From positions 2,592,001 through 2,656,000 of the forward strand of contig OZ242008.1 of assembly GCA_965204735.1 (NCBI GenBank): DNA of 64,000 bases, read 5' to 3'. Both the position numbers and the translations under genes were made by a program. The DNA is from Longimicrobiales bacterium. Lineage in GTDB: Bacteria > Gemmatimonadota > Gemmatimonadetes > Longimicrobiales > Gaopeijiaceae. Positions 1-13,000 of the stretch are shown piece by piece (position 1 is the first letter of the stretch; each line of letters begins with the position of its first letter). The notes under the pieces were generated by a model that ran no database searches, had not been told where the DNA came from, and saw nothing but the letters and a program-made list of their open reading frames with translations.

Positions 1-2
1 TC

Positions 3-584
3 CGGCACTTCCAGGGCCCCGCCCTCCACCATGACGATCGCCTGGGCGGAACCAGCCACCACGATGTCCACGTCGGCGTACTCGAGCTGCTTGAAGGTGG
101 GGTTGACCACCCAGTTGCCCTGGATGCGGCCGATCCTGACCGACGCCACGAGCGTGCGGAAGGGAATCGCCGAGCTGTTGAGCGCCACCGAGGCTCCAAC
201 CAGCGCCAGGACGTCGGCGTCGTTCTCCTGATCGGCGCTCATGACGGTGGCGTGGACCTGGGTCTCGTGGAAGAAGCCCTTCGGGAAGAGCGGGCGCAGC
301 GTGCGGTCGGTGAGGCGGGCCGAGAGGACTTCCTTCTCTTGGGGCGCGCCTTCCCGCTTGAAGAAGCCGCCCGGGATCTTGCCCGCGGCGTAGGTCTTCT
401 CCCGGTATTCGACCGTCAGGGGGAAGAAGGGAAGATGGGTGGGCCGGTCCTGCACCGTGGCGGTGACGAGGACGACAGTCTCGCCGAACTGAACCAGACA
501 GGCGCCGTGCGCAAGGCGTGCCATTCGGCCGGTCTCCAGCACGAGCCGCCTTCCGGCGAACTGGCGTTCGATTCTGGTGATCAT
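3..584 (-). CDS. pnp: Polyribonucleotide nucleotidyltransferase, 5' part; runs off the window edge
   Basis: Manual translation from ATG at 584 gives MITRIERQFAGRRLVLETGRMARLAHGACLVQFGETVVLVTATV...FFPLTVEYREKTYAAGKIPGGFFKRE, the PNPase N-terminal signature. It lies directly downstream of rpsO. Confidence 0.95.
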   Translation of the reverse strand, partial: MITRIERQFAGRRLVLETGRMARLAHGACLVQFGETVVLVTATVQDRPTHLPFFPLTVEYREKTYAAGKIPGGFFKREGAPQEKEVLSARLTDRTLRPLFPKGFFHETQVHATVMSADQENDADVLALVGASVALNSSAIPFRTLVASVRIGRIQGNWVVNPTFKQLEYADVDIVVAGSAQAIVMVEGGALEVP

Positions 585-681
585 CTTGTCTTTCCGGGGA
601 TGCCGCCCGAGTGGACGGCCGTGAGAGGCTGCTGCCGGCGCGGAAGGTTGGCGATGGACCGCCCGCCCGCCGTTGCTCGGA

Positions 682-942
682 TCAATGGCGCAGCCCGAGG
701 TCCTTGATCAGCTCCCGGTACCCTTCCAGGTCGGTGCGCTTCAGGTACTCCAGCAGGCGGCGTCTGCGGCCGACCATCTTGAGGAGACCGCGACGGCTGT
801 GGTGGTCGTGCTTGTGGAGTGCGAAGTGATCGCGGAGGTGGTCGATCCGCGCAGTGAGCAGGGCAACCTGAACCGGGACGGCCCCGCAGCCCCGGTCGTG
901 GGGCTGGTATTTCTTGACGATCTCTTCTTTTTCGATTCCCAT
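682..942 (-). CDS. rpsO: 30S ribosomal protein S15
   Basis: [43 protein letters not shown] motif; classic rpsO-pnp order. Confidence 0.97.
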   Translation of the reverse strand: MGIEKEEIVKKYQPHDRGCGAVPVQVALLTARIDHLRDHFALHKHDHHSRRGLLKMVGRRRRLLEYLKRTDLEGYRELIKDLGLRH

Positions 943-987
943 CGACTTCCGCTTTGGAGTCTTCTTCCGCTTGGACTCTTCCCTTGC

Positions 988-1018
988 ATTGTAACCTGAC
1001 TTGACCGTCTTGGGTCAG
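988..1018 (-). promoter_or_regulatory. Possible sigma70 promoter for rpsO-pnp
   Basis: TACAAT (-10-like) at 993-988 with a weak CTGACC/TGACCC element 18-19 bp upstream. Confidence 0.35.
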
Positions 1019-1032
1019 CCAGCCCGGGACCT

Positions 1033-4000
1033 TTACTTGAAGGTAATCGTGCCGGCAAGTCCGACGCGGCGTTCCGGGGGCTGGAAGCCGTCGGTCGCCT
1101 GCTCGCCGAAGAAGTCCATCACCAGGCGGAGGCCGGAGGCCTGCTGCTCGGCGGTCTCGCCGCCCAGCGTCGCCCACTGCGTCCCCACGTTCAGGCGGTA
1201 GCCGGCCGCGCCTTCGCGGCTCCAGCGGCCGAACGGCTTGAGCTGGCCGCCGCCGGGCAGCGCCAACCCGTAGCCGACCTCCATCGCCAAGCCGTCCGGC
1301 GCCCAGCCTCGTGCGTTCTGGGGCGCTCCGAAGCCGTGGGCGGACGGGAAGCCGTGGGTCGGGCCGGCGCCGGGACTCGCGGGACCACCTGGACCGGTGG
1401 TGCCGCCGTGGCCGGCTTGGTCGCCGCCGGCGGGCACGGCGCCGGGCTGCGCCGCCGGAGCCGGCGCGCCCAGGCCCGGCACGCCCGCGGTCCGCCACAC
1501 GTCGGCGCCGCCTTGCCACAGCGTCTGCGCTCCGCCCGAGGCATTGCCCCACGACGGCTCCAGCGAGAACGACAGCCCGCCGTCTTCGCGGCGGGGCTGG
1601 ATCCGCAGCGCCACGGCCGCGCCCCAATCCTTGAAGTTCCGGTCCTGGTGGATCAGCAGCATCCGGCCACGGGCGTCGAGGCTCAACCCGCTGCCTTCGT
1701 GGGTGAACCCCAGGTCGGCGCCCGCTTCGGCGCCCATCCCCGTCTCGGCGTCGCCCCGGTCGTAGCGACCGCCCACCTCGATGCGCGTCCGCATCGCGAT
1801 GCTGCCGCTCGTCCACTGCCCGCCCAGCTCGGGCGCCAGCCGCACACGCTGCGCGTCGGCCGTCACGGCAGCCACATGTCCGTTCGACGCGTCCGTCATC
1901 ATGCGCACGGCGAAGGCGTCGGCCTTCAGCGCCAAGCCGCCGACCAGCTTCTGGCGCACGCCCAGCGCGCCCATCCGCATCCGCAGGTCGGCGTCGTAGG
2001 TCGGAGGACCCACCTCGCCCACGTTGGCGGCGCCCATTCCCGCGCCCGCCAAGCCCCATATCCCGAAGCCGCCCTGGGACGACCAGCTCAGGTAGGGGTA
2101 GAGGCTGGTCAGGTGGGCCTTCGTCTTGCCCACGCCGTTGATCCCGCTCTCGTAGTTCGCCGCCACGTCGCTGCGCGAGCCGGCCAGGCCCATCAGGAAG
2201 CCCGAGCCGAAGCGGTAGTCCAGACCCACGTACGCCGAGCGGGTGCGGCCGTCCATGGCAAAGTCGTCTTCGGGGCGGCCCTCGAACTGGCCCACGTTGG
2301 CCTGGCCCCACAGCGTCCAGCCGGCCTGGGATGCCGTCTGCGAAGGGGCGGCGTCGGCGCCATCGGCGTCGGCGTTGCCCTGCTCGCCGCCCGAGCCGCC
2401 GAAGGAGAGCTGGAACGAGCTCCGGGAGCGGAGGTCGCGGCCCGTCAGCGGGCTGAACGCGATGCCGCCGCGCTCACGCTCGGCAGGCAACGCGCCCTCT
2501 TCCCGCTGACCCTGGTACGAGCCGCCTTGTCCGAGCGAGCCGCTCCCGGCGACGCCCATGCCGGTCGCGCCGTCGCCGAAGAAGATCGCCGCCAAGTCCA
2601 GCGTCCCGCCGGCGCTGCCGCCGGCCACGCCCGGATGCGTGATCTGGAACCCGAGCAGGCCCGTTGCGTCCCGCACCAGCGACTCGAGCCCGCAACGGCC
2701 CGAACCGGCGTGGGCCGCGGCCGTGCTGGCCTCGGCCGACTCGCCCGGGCCTTGGTCCGCGTCCGCGTCGCCAGCCGCGCCGCCGTCACCGAACGTGCGG
2801 GACGAGGCCGTGCCGCTGGACACGCCGCCCGAGCCACGGCCGCCGCCGAACGCGAGGCAGCTCAGCGAGCGCCCGCCCAGCTGCACGTGCGAACCGCCCG
2901 GCGAACCCGACGGCTCCAGACCCAACCGACCGCCGATCGTCTCGACCGTCTCCGTCCCCAGCGACCGTCCGAACGCCGCCAGCGTCAGCTTCAGCGCACG
3001 AGCCCGATCCGCACGCGACGCCGACACCGTCACGCTCGCCTGCTGCGTCGCCGTCAAGCCGCCCGCGTCCGTCGCCGTCACCGTCACCACCGTCGCGCCG
3101 ATCTCCCGCGGCGCCACCGACAGCCGCCCCGCGCCCGACACCGACGCCGCCGCCACGTCCGGCGACGACGACGCCACCACGTAGCTCAGCGCGTCGCCGT
3201 CCGGGTCACGGAAGTACTCGCCCAGACCCACCTCCCACGGCGCGCCGCTCACCTCGAGCACCGGCGGCGACAGCGATCCCACCGCCTCCGGCCCCTCGTT
3301 CACGTCCAGCAGCGTCACCACGACCCGCGCCTCGGCCGTCAGACCGCCGCCGTCCGTCACCCGCACCGTCAGCGCGAACTCCGGCGGACCGTCCTCGTAG
3401 TCCTCGCCGGCGCCCACGTAGCGCACCCGCCCGCTCGCCCCGTCCACATCGAAGCGGCCACGATCGCCCTGCGCCAAGCTGTACGTCAGCGCGTCGTCGC
3501 GGTCCGGGTCCGTCGCCTCGACCCGTCCCAGCTCCCGAGGCCCGCGCACGTTCTCCGCCAGATCGAACGCATATGCGGAGTCCACGAACGCCGGCGCCTC
3601 GTTCACGTCCAGCAGCAGCACCCTCACCTTCGCCACCGCCGCCAACCCAGCACGGTCCGTCGCCACCACCTCGAACTCCCAGCCATCAGGACCCGTCTCC
3701 GCGTCCTCGCCAGCGCCCACGTACCGCACCACGCCGCTCGACTCGCCCACGTCGAACAGCGCCGCGCCCGCGCCGCTCAAGCTGTAGCGCAGCGTGTCGC
3801 CAGCGTCCACGTCCGTCGCCTGCACTGCGCCGAGCTCCACCGGGCCCGCCACGTGCTCCGCCAACTCCCACTCCCAGATCGGCTCGACGAACACCGGGCC
3901 CTCGTTCTGGTCCTCGAGCGTCACCACCACTCGGGTCCGCGCTGTGAGGCCGCCTCGGTCCGTCGCCGTCACCTCCAGCTCCCAGCTGCCCGGACCCGTC

Positions 4001-7000
4001 TCCGCATCCTCGCCGGAGCCCACGTACCGCACCGCACCGCTCGTCGCGTTCACCTTGAACCGCTCGGCGTCGCCCGCCGTCAGCGCGTACGACAGCCAGT
4101 CGCCGCCGTCCGGGTCCGTCGCCCGCACCTCGCCCAGCAGCAGCGGACCACGCTCGTTCTCCGCCAGATCGAAGGCGTATGCAGAGTCGGCGAACGCTGG
4201 TCCCTCGTTCACGTTCGTCAGCGCCACCGCCACCAACGCCCGCGCGCTCGAACCCGCCAGGTCCGTCGCCGTGACTTCCAGCTCCCACGACTTCGGTCCC
4301 GCGCCCTCGTAGTCCTCCCCGCCGCCCACGTACCGCACCGCGCCCGTCACACTGTCCACGGCGAAGCGATCGGCGTCGCCCGCCGCCAGCCGGTACGTCA
4401 GCGTGTCGCCCTCGTCCAGGTCCACCGCCTCCACCACGCCCAGCGCCAGCGGCCCGGCAGCGTTCTCCGCCATCGCGAAGGCGTAGCGCTCGGCCGTGAA
4501 CACCGGCGCGTCGTTCACGTTCACCAGCCGCACCGTCACCGTCGCGTCGCCCGTCCGCTCCCCGTCGTCGGCCGTCGCGCGCACGATCATCACGAACTCC
4601 GAACGCGACTCCGCGTCCTCGCCCGTCCCCACGTACCGCACCTCGCCGGTGCGAGCGTCCACCTCGAAGAGACCCTCGTCGCCCGCCGCCAGCGAGTACG
4701 CCACCTCGCCGCCGAAGGGGTCGGTCGCGCTCACCGTCCCCACCACCACCGGCCCCGCCACGTCCTCCGTCAGCTCGAACTCGTACTCCGCGCGACCGAA
4801 CACCGGGTCCGTGCCCCCAGCCCCGTTCACCTGGTGCTCCTCCAGGTTCTCCACCTCGTGGCCGCTCAAGTCCAGCGTAGCCGCCATCGTGCCGCCCGCG
4901 ATCCGCAGCGCAGCGCCGCCCGTCGCAGTCAGCGCGTCGGCCGGGATGCTGATCCCGTCCTCGTCCCGGTCCGCAGGCTGCACCACGTACTCGAACACCA
5001 CCATCGGCGTGCCCGAACCCGACACGTAGCTCGCCTGGCGCACGGCCGTCCCGATCTCGATCGACAGCTGCGGCGCGCCCACCACCTCCACCGGCCTGCT
5101 GAACGTCACCGTCACGCGGATCACGCTGCTCGGACCGTACAGCCCGCTCGCCCCCGGCGTGCTCGTCACCGCCATCGCCATCACCGCCGGCACCGCCTCG
5201 ACCGTGCCGTCCACCTTGTCGTTCGCGGCAGCCGCGATCGCGTGGCTGCCCAACGCCAGCACCGCCGGACGTACCCCGTCCGCCGTGTTCACGATTGTCG
5301 CGCCGTTCAGCGTCAGCGCCGCAGCAGCCACGCCCACGCCGTCGGCATCGGCGTCCACACCGCCCGTCCCGCTGCCACCCGAGCCCGCGCCCTGCACGCG
5401 GTACGCGAACGACAGCGTCGCCGTGCCGCTGCCGCCGACGTAGCTCGCCTGCCGCGTCGCCGTGCCCACCGTCAGCGCCAGCTGCGGCGCGCCCGTCACC
5501 GTCACCGCACGGTCGAACGTCACCTGCACCTCGATCCGCTCGCCCAGGCCGTACGTGTCGCCGCTCTCCGGCGTGCTCGACACCGCGACGCCCGTCACCG
5601 ACGCGCCCGCCAGCGTGCCGTCCACCTTGTGGCCCGCAGCAGCGCTCAACGCATGGCTGCCCAGTCCCAACGCCGCCGCCGTCGAGCCGTCCCGAGCGTC
5701 GTTGATCGTCCCGCTGTTCAGCGCCAGCGCGCTCGCGCCCACCTCGATCCCGTCGGTGTCCGCGTCCGCAGCCACCACCGTGTAGCGGAACGTCAGCGTG
5801 TGCGTGCCCGTCCCGCTCGCGTAGTCCGCCTGCCGCGTCGCAGCGCCCACCGTCAGCGCCACCTGCGGCGTGTCCGTCACCGCCACGCGACGGTTGAACG
5901 TCACCTGAACCTCGATCTGCTCGCCCCGCGCGTACGTCGTCCCCACCGCAGGCGAACTTGTCAGCGACACGCCCGACACCGACGCCGCCGTGAACGTCCC
6001 GCCCGCAACCTTGTGCCCCGCGCTGTTCGTCACCGCGTGGCTGCCCAGCCCCAGAACGGCGTCCACCGTGCCGTTCGCCACGTCGATCGTCCCGCCGTTC
6101 AGCGCCAACGCGCTCGCGCCGATGCTCAGCCCGTCGGCGTCCACGTCCGCCGTCACCACGACGTACCGGAACACCAAAGACGCCGTGCCCGTCCCGCTCG
6201 CGTAGCTCGCCTGCTTCGTCGCAGCGCCGATCGTCAGCGCCAGCTGCGGCGTCCCCGTCACGTCCACCGCCTTGTTGAACGTCACCGTCGCGATGATCGT
6301 GTCGCCACGCTCGAACGTCGTGCCGACCGGCGGCGACGCAATCGACACGCCGCTCACGCCCGGCGGGCCCTGGCTCCCGTCCACGGCCTGGCCCGAAGCG
6401 TTCGTGATCGCGTGACTGCCCAGCCCCAGGCCCGCCGCCGTCGAACCGTCGCGAGCGTCCGAGATCGTACCGCCGTTCAGCGCCAACGCGCTCGCGCCGA
6501 TGCTCAACCCGTTCGCGTCCGAGTCGCTCGACTGCACCGTGTACTGGAACGTCAGCACTCGACCGCCCGCCCCCACGCTCGTCGCCGAATCGTACGCCGC
6601 CTGCCGCGTCTGGCTCCCGATCGTCAGCGCCAGCTGCGGCGCGCCCGTCACGCTCACGTGGCGGTTGAACGTCACCTCGACCTCGATCTCCTCGCTCAAC
6701 CCGTACGTGCTCCCGTCCGCCGGGCTGCTCGCGATCGACACGCCGCTCACCGACGCCGCCGTGAACGTCCCGCCCGCAACTCGCAACGCGCCGTGGTTGC
6801 TGATCGCATGATGCGCCAAGCTCAGCAACGCGTCCGTCGTCCCGCCCGCAACGTCGATCGTCCCGCTGTTCAGCGCCAACGCGCTCGCGCCCACGCTCAA
6901 CCCGTCCGTGTCCACGTCCGCCTGCACCACTACGTACCGGAACACCAGCGCCGCCGTACCCGTCCCCGATGCGTAGCCCGCCTGCCGCGTCTGCGTCCCA

Positions 7001-10000
7001 ATCGACAACGCCAGCTGCGGCGTGCCCGTCACGTCCACCTGCTTGTTGAACGTCACCGTCGCAACCACCGTGTCGCCGCGCTCGAACGTCCCGCCCACCA
7101 GCGGCGCAGCCACCGACAACCCCGCCACCCCCGGCGGTCCCTGGCTGCCGTCCACCTTGTGCGCCGCAGCGTTCGTCACCGCGTGCGACCCCAAGCTCAA
7201 CGCCGCAGCAGCAGAACCCGGACGCACGTCCGCAATCGTCCCGCCGTTCAGCGTCAACGCGCTCGCGCCGATGCTCAACCCGACCGTGTCTGTGTCCGCC
7301 GGTCGGACCGCGTACTCGAACACCAGCGTGTCCGCCTTGCTCGTCGCCGAATCGTAGGCCGCCTGCCGCGTCTGCGTCCCGATCGTCAGCGCCAGACGCG
7401 GCACGCCCGTCACCGCCACCGGTCGCCCGAACGCCACCTTCACCTCGATCGACTCGCCCAGCTTGTACGTGCTGTCCGCAGCCGGCGCGCTCGATATCGT
7501 CACCGCGCTCACCGCCGGCGTCGTGAACGTCCCGCCCGCAACCTTGTGTCCAGCGCTGTTCGTCACGGCGTTCGACCCCAACGCCAGCAGCGCGTCCAGC
7601 GTACCGCCCGCAACCTTGATCGTCCCGCCGTTCAACGCCAACGCGCTCGCGCCGATGCTCAACCCGTCGGAGTCCGCGTCGCCCGACGCCACAACGTACT
7701 GGAACGCCAGCGTGTCCGTGCCCGTCCCGCTCGCGTACTCCGCCTGCCTGGTCGCGCTCCCGATCGTCAACGCCAGCTGCGGCGTGCCCGTCACGTCCAC
7801 CGCCCGCGTGAACGCCAACGCCACCTCGATCGTCTCGCCGCGCTCGAACGTGTCGCCCACCGTCGGAGAACTGATCGACAGCGCCGTCACCCCCGGCGGA
7901 CCAACGCTCCCGTTCACCTTGTGCGCCCTCGCGTTCGATATCGCGCTCGAACCCAGTCCCAGGCTCGCCGCCGTCGATCCGTCCCGCGCATCGGCGATCG
8001 TACCGCCGTTCAGCGTCAGCGCGCTCGCGCCGATGCTGATCCCCGTCGAGTCCTCGTCCGTCGCCACCACCGTGTAGCCGAACGCCAGCGTGTTCGTCCC
8101 GCTCCCGCTCGCGTACGACGCCTGCCGCGTCTGACTCCCGATCCCCAAAGCCAGCTGCGGCCCGCCCGTCACCGTCACCGGGCGCGTGAACCCAACCTCG
8201 ACCTCGATCACCTCCGTCCGTCCGTAGATGCTGTCGCTCGACGGAGCGCTCGCAATCGTCACGCCGCTCACCGCCGCAGCCGTGAACGTCCCGCCCGCAA
8301 CCTTGTAGTTCCCGTTGTCGGTGACGTAGTGATCGCGCAGGCTCACCACCGCGTCCGTCGTACCGCCCGACACGCGGATCGTCCCGCCGTTCAGCGCCAG
8401 CGCGCTCGTGCCGATGCTGATCCCCGTCGAGTCCTCGTCCGCCGTCACCACCACGTACCGGAACACCAGCGTGTCCGTCCCCGTGCCCGCAGCGTAGCTC
8501 GCCTGCTTCGTCGCGCTCCCGACCCCCAGCGCCAGCTGCGGCGTACCCGTCACCGCCACCGACTTGTTGAACGCGACCTTCACCTCGATCGTCTCGCCAC
8601 GCTCGAACGTGTCGCCCACATGAGGCGAGCCGATCGCCAACCCCGTCACACCCGGCGGTCCGAGCGCGCCGTCCACCTTGTGCGACGCCGCGTTCGTGAT
8701 CGCGCTCGATCCCAGTCCCAAGCTCGCCGCCGTCGAACCGTCCCGAGCGTCGTTGATCGTGCCGCTGTTCAGAGCCAACGCGCTCGCGCCAACGCCGATC
8801 CCGTCCGCGTCCGCGTCCGCCGCCACCACCTCGTAGCCGAACGTCAGCGTCGCCGTCCCGCTCCCGCTCGCGTACTCCGCCTGCCGCGCCGCAGCCCCCA
8901 CCGTCAATGCCAGCTGCGGCGTGCCCGTCACGTTCACCGACCGCACGAACGTCACCTCGACCTCGATCTCCTCGCCCAGACCGTACGTGTCACCGCTCGA
9001 CGGAGCACTCGAGATCGTCACGCCGCTCACCGACGACGCCGTGAACGTCCCGCCCGCTACCTTGTGCCCCGTGCTGTTCGTCACCGAGTGCGTGCCCAAC
9101 CCCAAAGTCGCGTCCAGCGTGCCGCCCGACAGCCGGATCGTCCCGCTGTTGAGCGCCAATGCGGTCGTCCCGATGCTCAACCCGTCCGCATCCACGTCTG
9201 CAGTCACCACCGTGTACTGAAACACCAGTGCCGTCGTGCCCGTGCCGCTCGCGTACGACGCCTGCCGCGTCTGCGAACCGATCCCCAGCGCCAGCTGCGG
9301 CGTACCCGTCACGTCCACCGCACGGTTGAACGTCACCGTTGCCGCAATCACGTCGCCACGCTCGAACGTGTCGCCCACGGGCGGGGACGCGACGGCCAAG
9401 CCCGTCACGCCCGGCGGCCCCTGCGCGCCGTCCACCTTGTGCGCCGCAGCGTTCGCGATCGCGTAGCTCCCCAGGCCCAGGCCCGCAGCCGTCGAACCGT
9501 CGCGAGCGTCCGAGATCGTACCGCCGTTCAGCGCCAACGCGCTCGCCCCGATGCTGATCCCGTTCGCGTCCGCGTCCGCCGCCACCACCGCGTAGCCGAA
9601 CGTCAGCGTCTTCGTCCCCGTCCCGCTCGTGTACTCCGCCTGCCGCGTCTGCGAACCGATCGTCAGCGCGACCTGCGGCGTGTCCGTCACCACCACGCGA
9701 CGGTTGAACGTCACCTCGACCTCGATCCGCTCCGTCCGGCCGTACGTGCTGTCGCTCGCCGGAGCGCTCGATATCGACACGCCCGCTACCGTCGCCGCCG
9801 TCAACGTACCCCCAGCCACCTTCCGGCCCGAATGGTTCGCTATCGTCCGCCCCGTCAAGTCCAGCAATGCGTTCACCGTCGTCTGCTGACGCCTGACCGT
9901 GCCACCGTTCAGCGTCAACGCGCCCGCGTCCACGCTCAACCCGTCGGCGTCCACGTCCGCCTGCACCACCGTGTACTGGAACACCAGCGACGGCGTGCCC

Positions 10001-13000
10001 GTGCCGCTCGCGTATGCCGCCTGCCGCGTCTGCGAACCAATCCTCAACGCCAACTGCGGCGTGCCCGTCACGCTCGCCGGACCGCTGAACACCACGACCG
10101 CGCGAATCGTTTCGCCGCGCTCGAACGTGTCGCCCACCACCGGAGCGTCTATCGTCAACCCCGTCACATACAGCGCGTTGCCCGCCACCTTGTGCGCCCC
10201 AGCGTTCGTCACCGCGTTCGACCCCAACCCCAGGCTCGCCGCCGCCGTCCCGCCCGCCAGCACGATCGTCCCGCCGTTCAGCGCCAGCGCCGTCGAGTCC
10301 ACGCTGATCCCGTCCGCGTCCACGTCCGTCGCCACCACCGTGTGCCGAAACGCCAGAACGTCCGTGCCCGTCCCGCTCGCGTACGACGCCTGCACCGTGT
10401 CGCTCCCGATCCGCAACGCCAACCGCGGCGTGCCCGTCACCGTCACCGCCCGATCGAACGCCACCTCCACCTCGATCACGTTCCCCGCCGCATACGTCGA
10501 GTCCGGACCCGCGTCGCTCGTTATCGTCATGCCGCTCACGCCCGGCGCCGTCTCCTTGCCACCGTCCACCTGGAACAGCACGGAGTTCGCAAAGTTCCAC
10601 GGCGACAAAGACAGGTTCGCGTCCCCCGTCGTGCCCTGCCGCCGGATCGTCGACCCCGACGGCAACGTCAGCGCGTTCGCCCCGATGCTGATCCCCGTCG
10701 AGTCCCTGTCCGCCGCCACCACCGTGTAGCAGAACACCACGATCGTCTCGCCCGACTTGTCGCAGTACGACGCCTGCCGCGTCTGCGAATCGATCCCCAG
10801 CGCCACACGCGGCGGCTGCGCACCCGCTTCCACGTCCACCGCCACGTTGAACCCGACGCCCACCCGAATCACGTCCCCAAGCCCGAACACGCTGTCCGTG
10901 CTCGCGTACGAAAGCCCAGTGTTGTCAGCGTCCAAGAAGAACACGCTCGCCACTACAGGAACGTACGCGCCCCACACCTGGTGCGCCGCCGCGTCCGCGA
11001 TCGCGTGGCTCCCCAGCGCCAAGTACGCGTTCGTCGTGCCGCCCGATGCCCTGATCGTCCCGCTGTTCAGCGCCAATGCGCTCGCCCCGATGCTGATCCC
11101 CGTCGAGTCCCTGTCCGCCGTCACTACCACATATTGGAACACCAGCGAGTTCGTGCCCGTCCCGCTCGCGTACGCCGCCTGCCGCGTCAGCGTGTCGACC
11201 TCCAGAGCCACCTGCGGCACGCCCGTCACCGCCACCGTCGAGTCGAACGTCACCGTCACCTCCACCGTGTCCCCAGCGGCGTAGATGCTGTCAGCGCCCG
11301 CGTCGCTCGAAATCGCCAGCCCCGTCACCATCGGCAACCCCTGCGAGCCGCTCACCTTGTGCGTCGCCGCGTTCGCGATCGCGTGGCTCCGCAACCCCAA
11401 GTACGCGTTCACCGTGCCGGACCCCGCCCGCCTGATCGTCGTCCCCGCCGGCAGCGTCAGCGCGCTCGCTCCGATGCTGATCCCCGTCGTGTCCGAGTCG
11501 GCCAACTGCACCACGTAACGGAAGGTCAGCGAATCGCCGCCCGTCCCGCTCGCGTAGCTCGCCCGTCGCGTCTGCGTCCCGATCGTCAGCTCCAGCCGCG
11601 GCGTTCCCGTCACGTCCACGTTCTCGTTGAACACCAGTCCCGCCTCGATCGTGTCGCCCAACGCATACGTGCCGTCGCTCCCCGCGTTGCTCGCAATCGA
11701 CGCGCTCGTCACGTGAGGCACCGCCTGAGCGCCGTTCACCTTGTGCGCCGAGAGGTTGACGAGCGGCGTGAAGTCCAAGAACGCGTTCGCCGCGCCCGCC
11801 GGCGCTCCGGGCGTCCTGATGTAGTCGCTTCCGCCCACCGTCATGCTGTCGACGCTGAGCCCGTCCGCGTCCAAGTCGGCCAGCACCGGATTGTACCGCC
11901 AGTGAATGGTTCTCGTGCCAGGGTTGACGTTCTGAACGTAGCCCTCGCGGACATTCTCTCCAATCGTCAGCCACAGGCCCGAATTCGCCGTCGTAACCGC
12001 CGCATTAAACGTCCGATCGAACACCACGAAGAAGTCGATGATGTCGCTCATGGCCCACGTCTCGTCGGACCCCGCGCCGGTGGGCAACGTAACGCTCGCT
12101 ATCTTGGGCACTTCCCACACACGGTGCGCACGGTCGTCCGTGGCGACGTGGTTCCACAAGCTCAGGTACACGTCCGTGCCCGCCCTTCTGATCGTACCGC
12201 CGTTCAGCGTCAGAGCATTGCGCCCGTAGCTGATCCCGTTCGTGTCGTTGTCTCCCGGCGCCACCACGTAGTTGAACCTCAGCGTTGTCGTGCCCGTCCC
12301 CGACACGTAGCTCGCCTGCACCGTCGACGACATTATCAGCGCCAGCTGCGGCGTACCCGTCACGTCCACCGCTCGGTTGAACACGACCTCTATCGCGATC
12401 GTGTCCCCCTCCACGTAGATGCTGTCGGCGCCCGCGTCGCTCGTGAACGACGTGCCCGTCACGATCGTCGCGCCCGACGTCAGCACCTTGTGGGCCGCCG
12501 CGTTCGCCACAACGAAGTTCACTATCGACAGCGTCGCGTCCACCGCCGCGCCCGCCCTTCTGATCGTCCCGCCGTTCAGCCCCAGCGCACTCCCCCCGAT
12601 GCTCAACCCGTCCGAGTCCGCGTCGCCGCTCGCCACCACGTAGCGGAACGTCAGCGAATCCGTCCCCGTGCCGCCCGCGTAGCTCGCCTGCCGCGTCTGC
12701 ACGCCGATCCCCAGCGCCAGACGCGGCGTGCCCGTCACGTCCACGCTCTCGTTGAACACCACCGCTACTTGCACCGTGTCGCCCGCCGCATACGTGCTGT
12801 CCGTCCCCGCATCGCTCGTGATCGGCATCCGCACCACCGCCGGCGGCCCCGCCAAACCATCCACCTTGTGGGCCGCAGCTTCGGCGACCCTGTGGACCCG
12901 CAAGCCCAAGTACGCGTTCACGACGCTGCCAGCCCGCCGTATCGTCCCGCCGTTCAACGTCAGGGCGCTCGAGCCGATGCTGATCCCCGTCGAGTCGACA

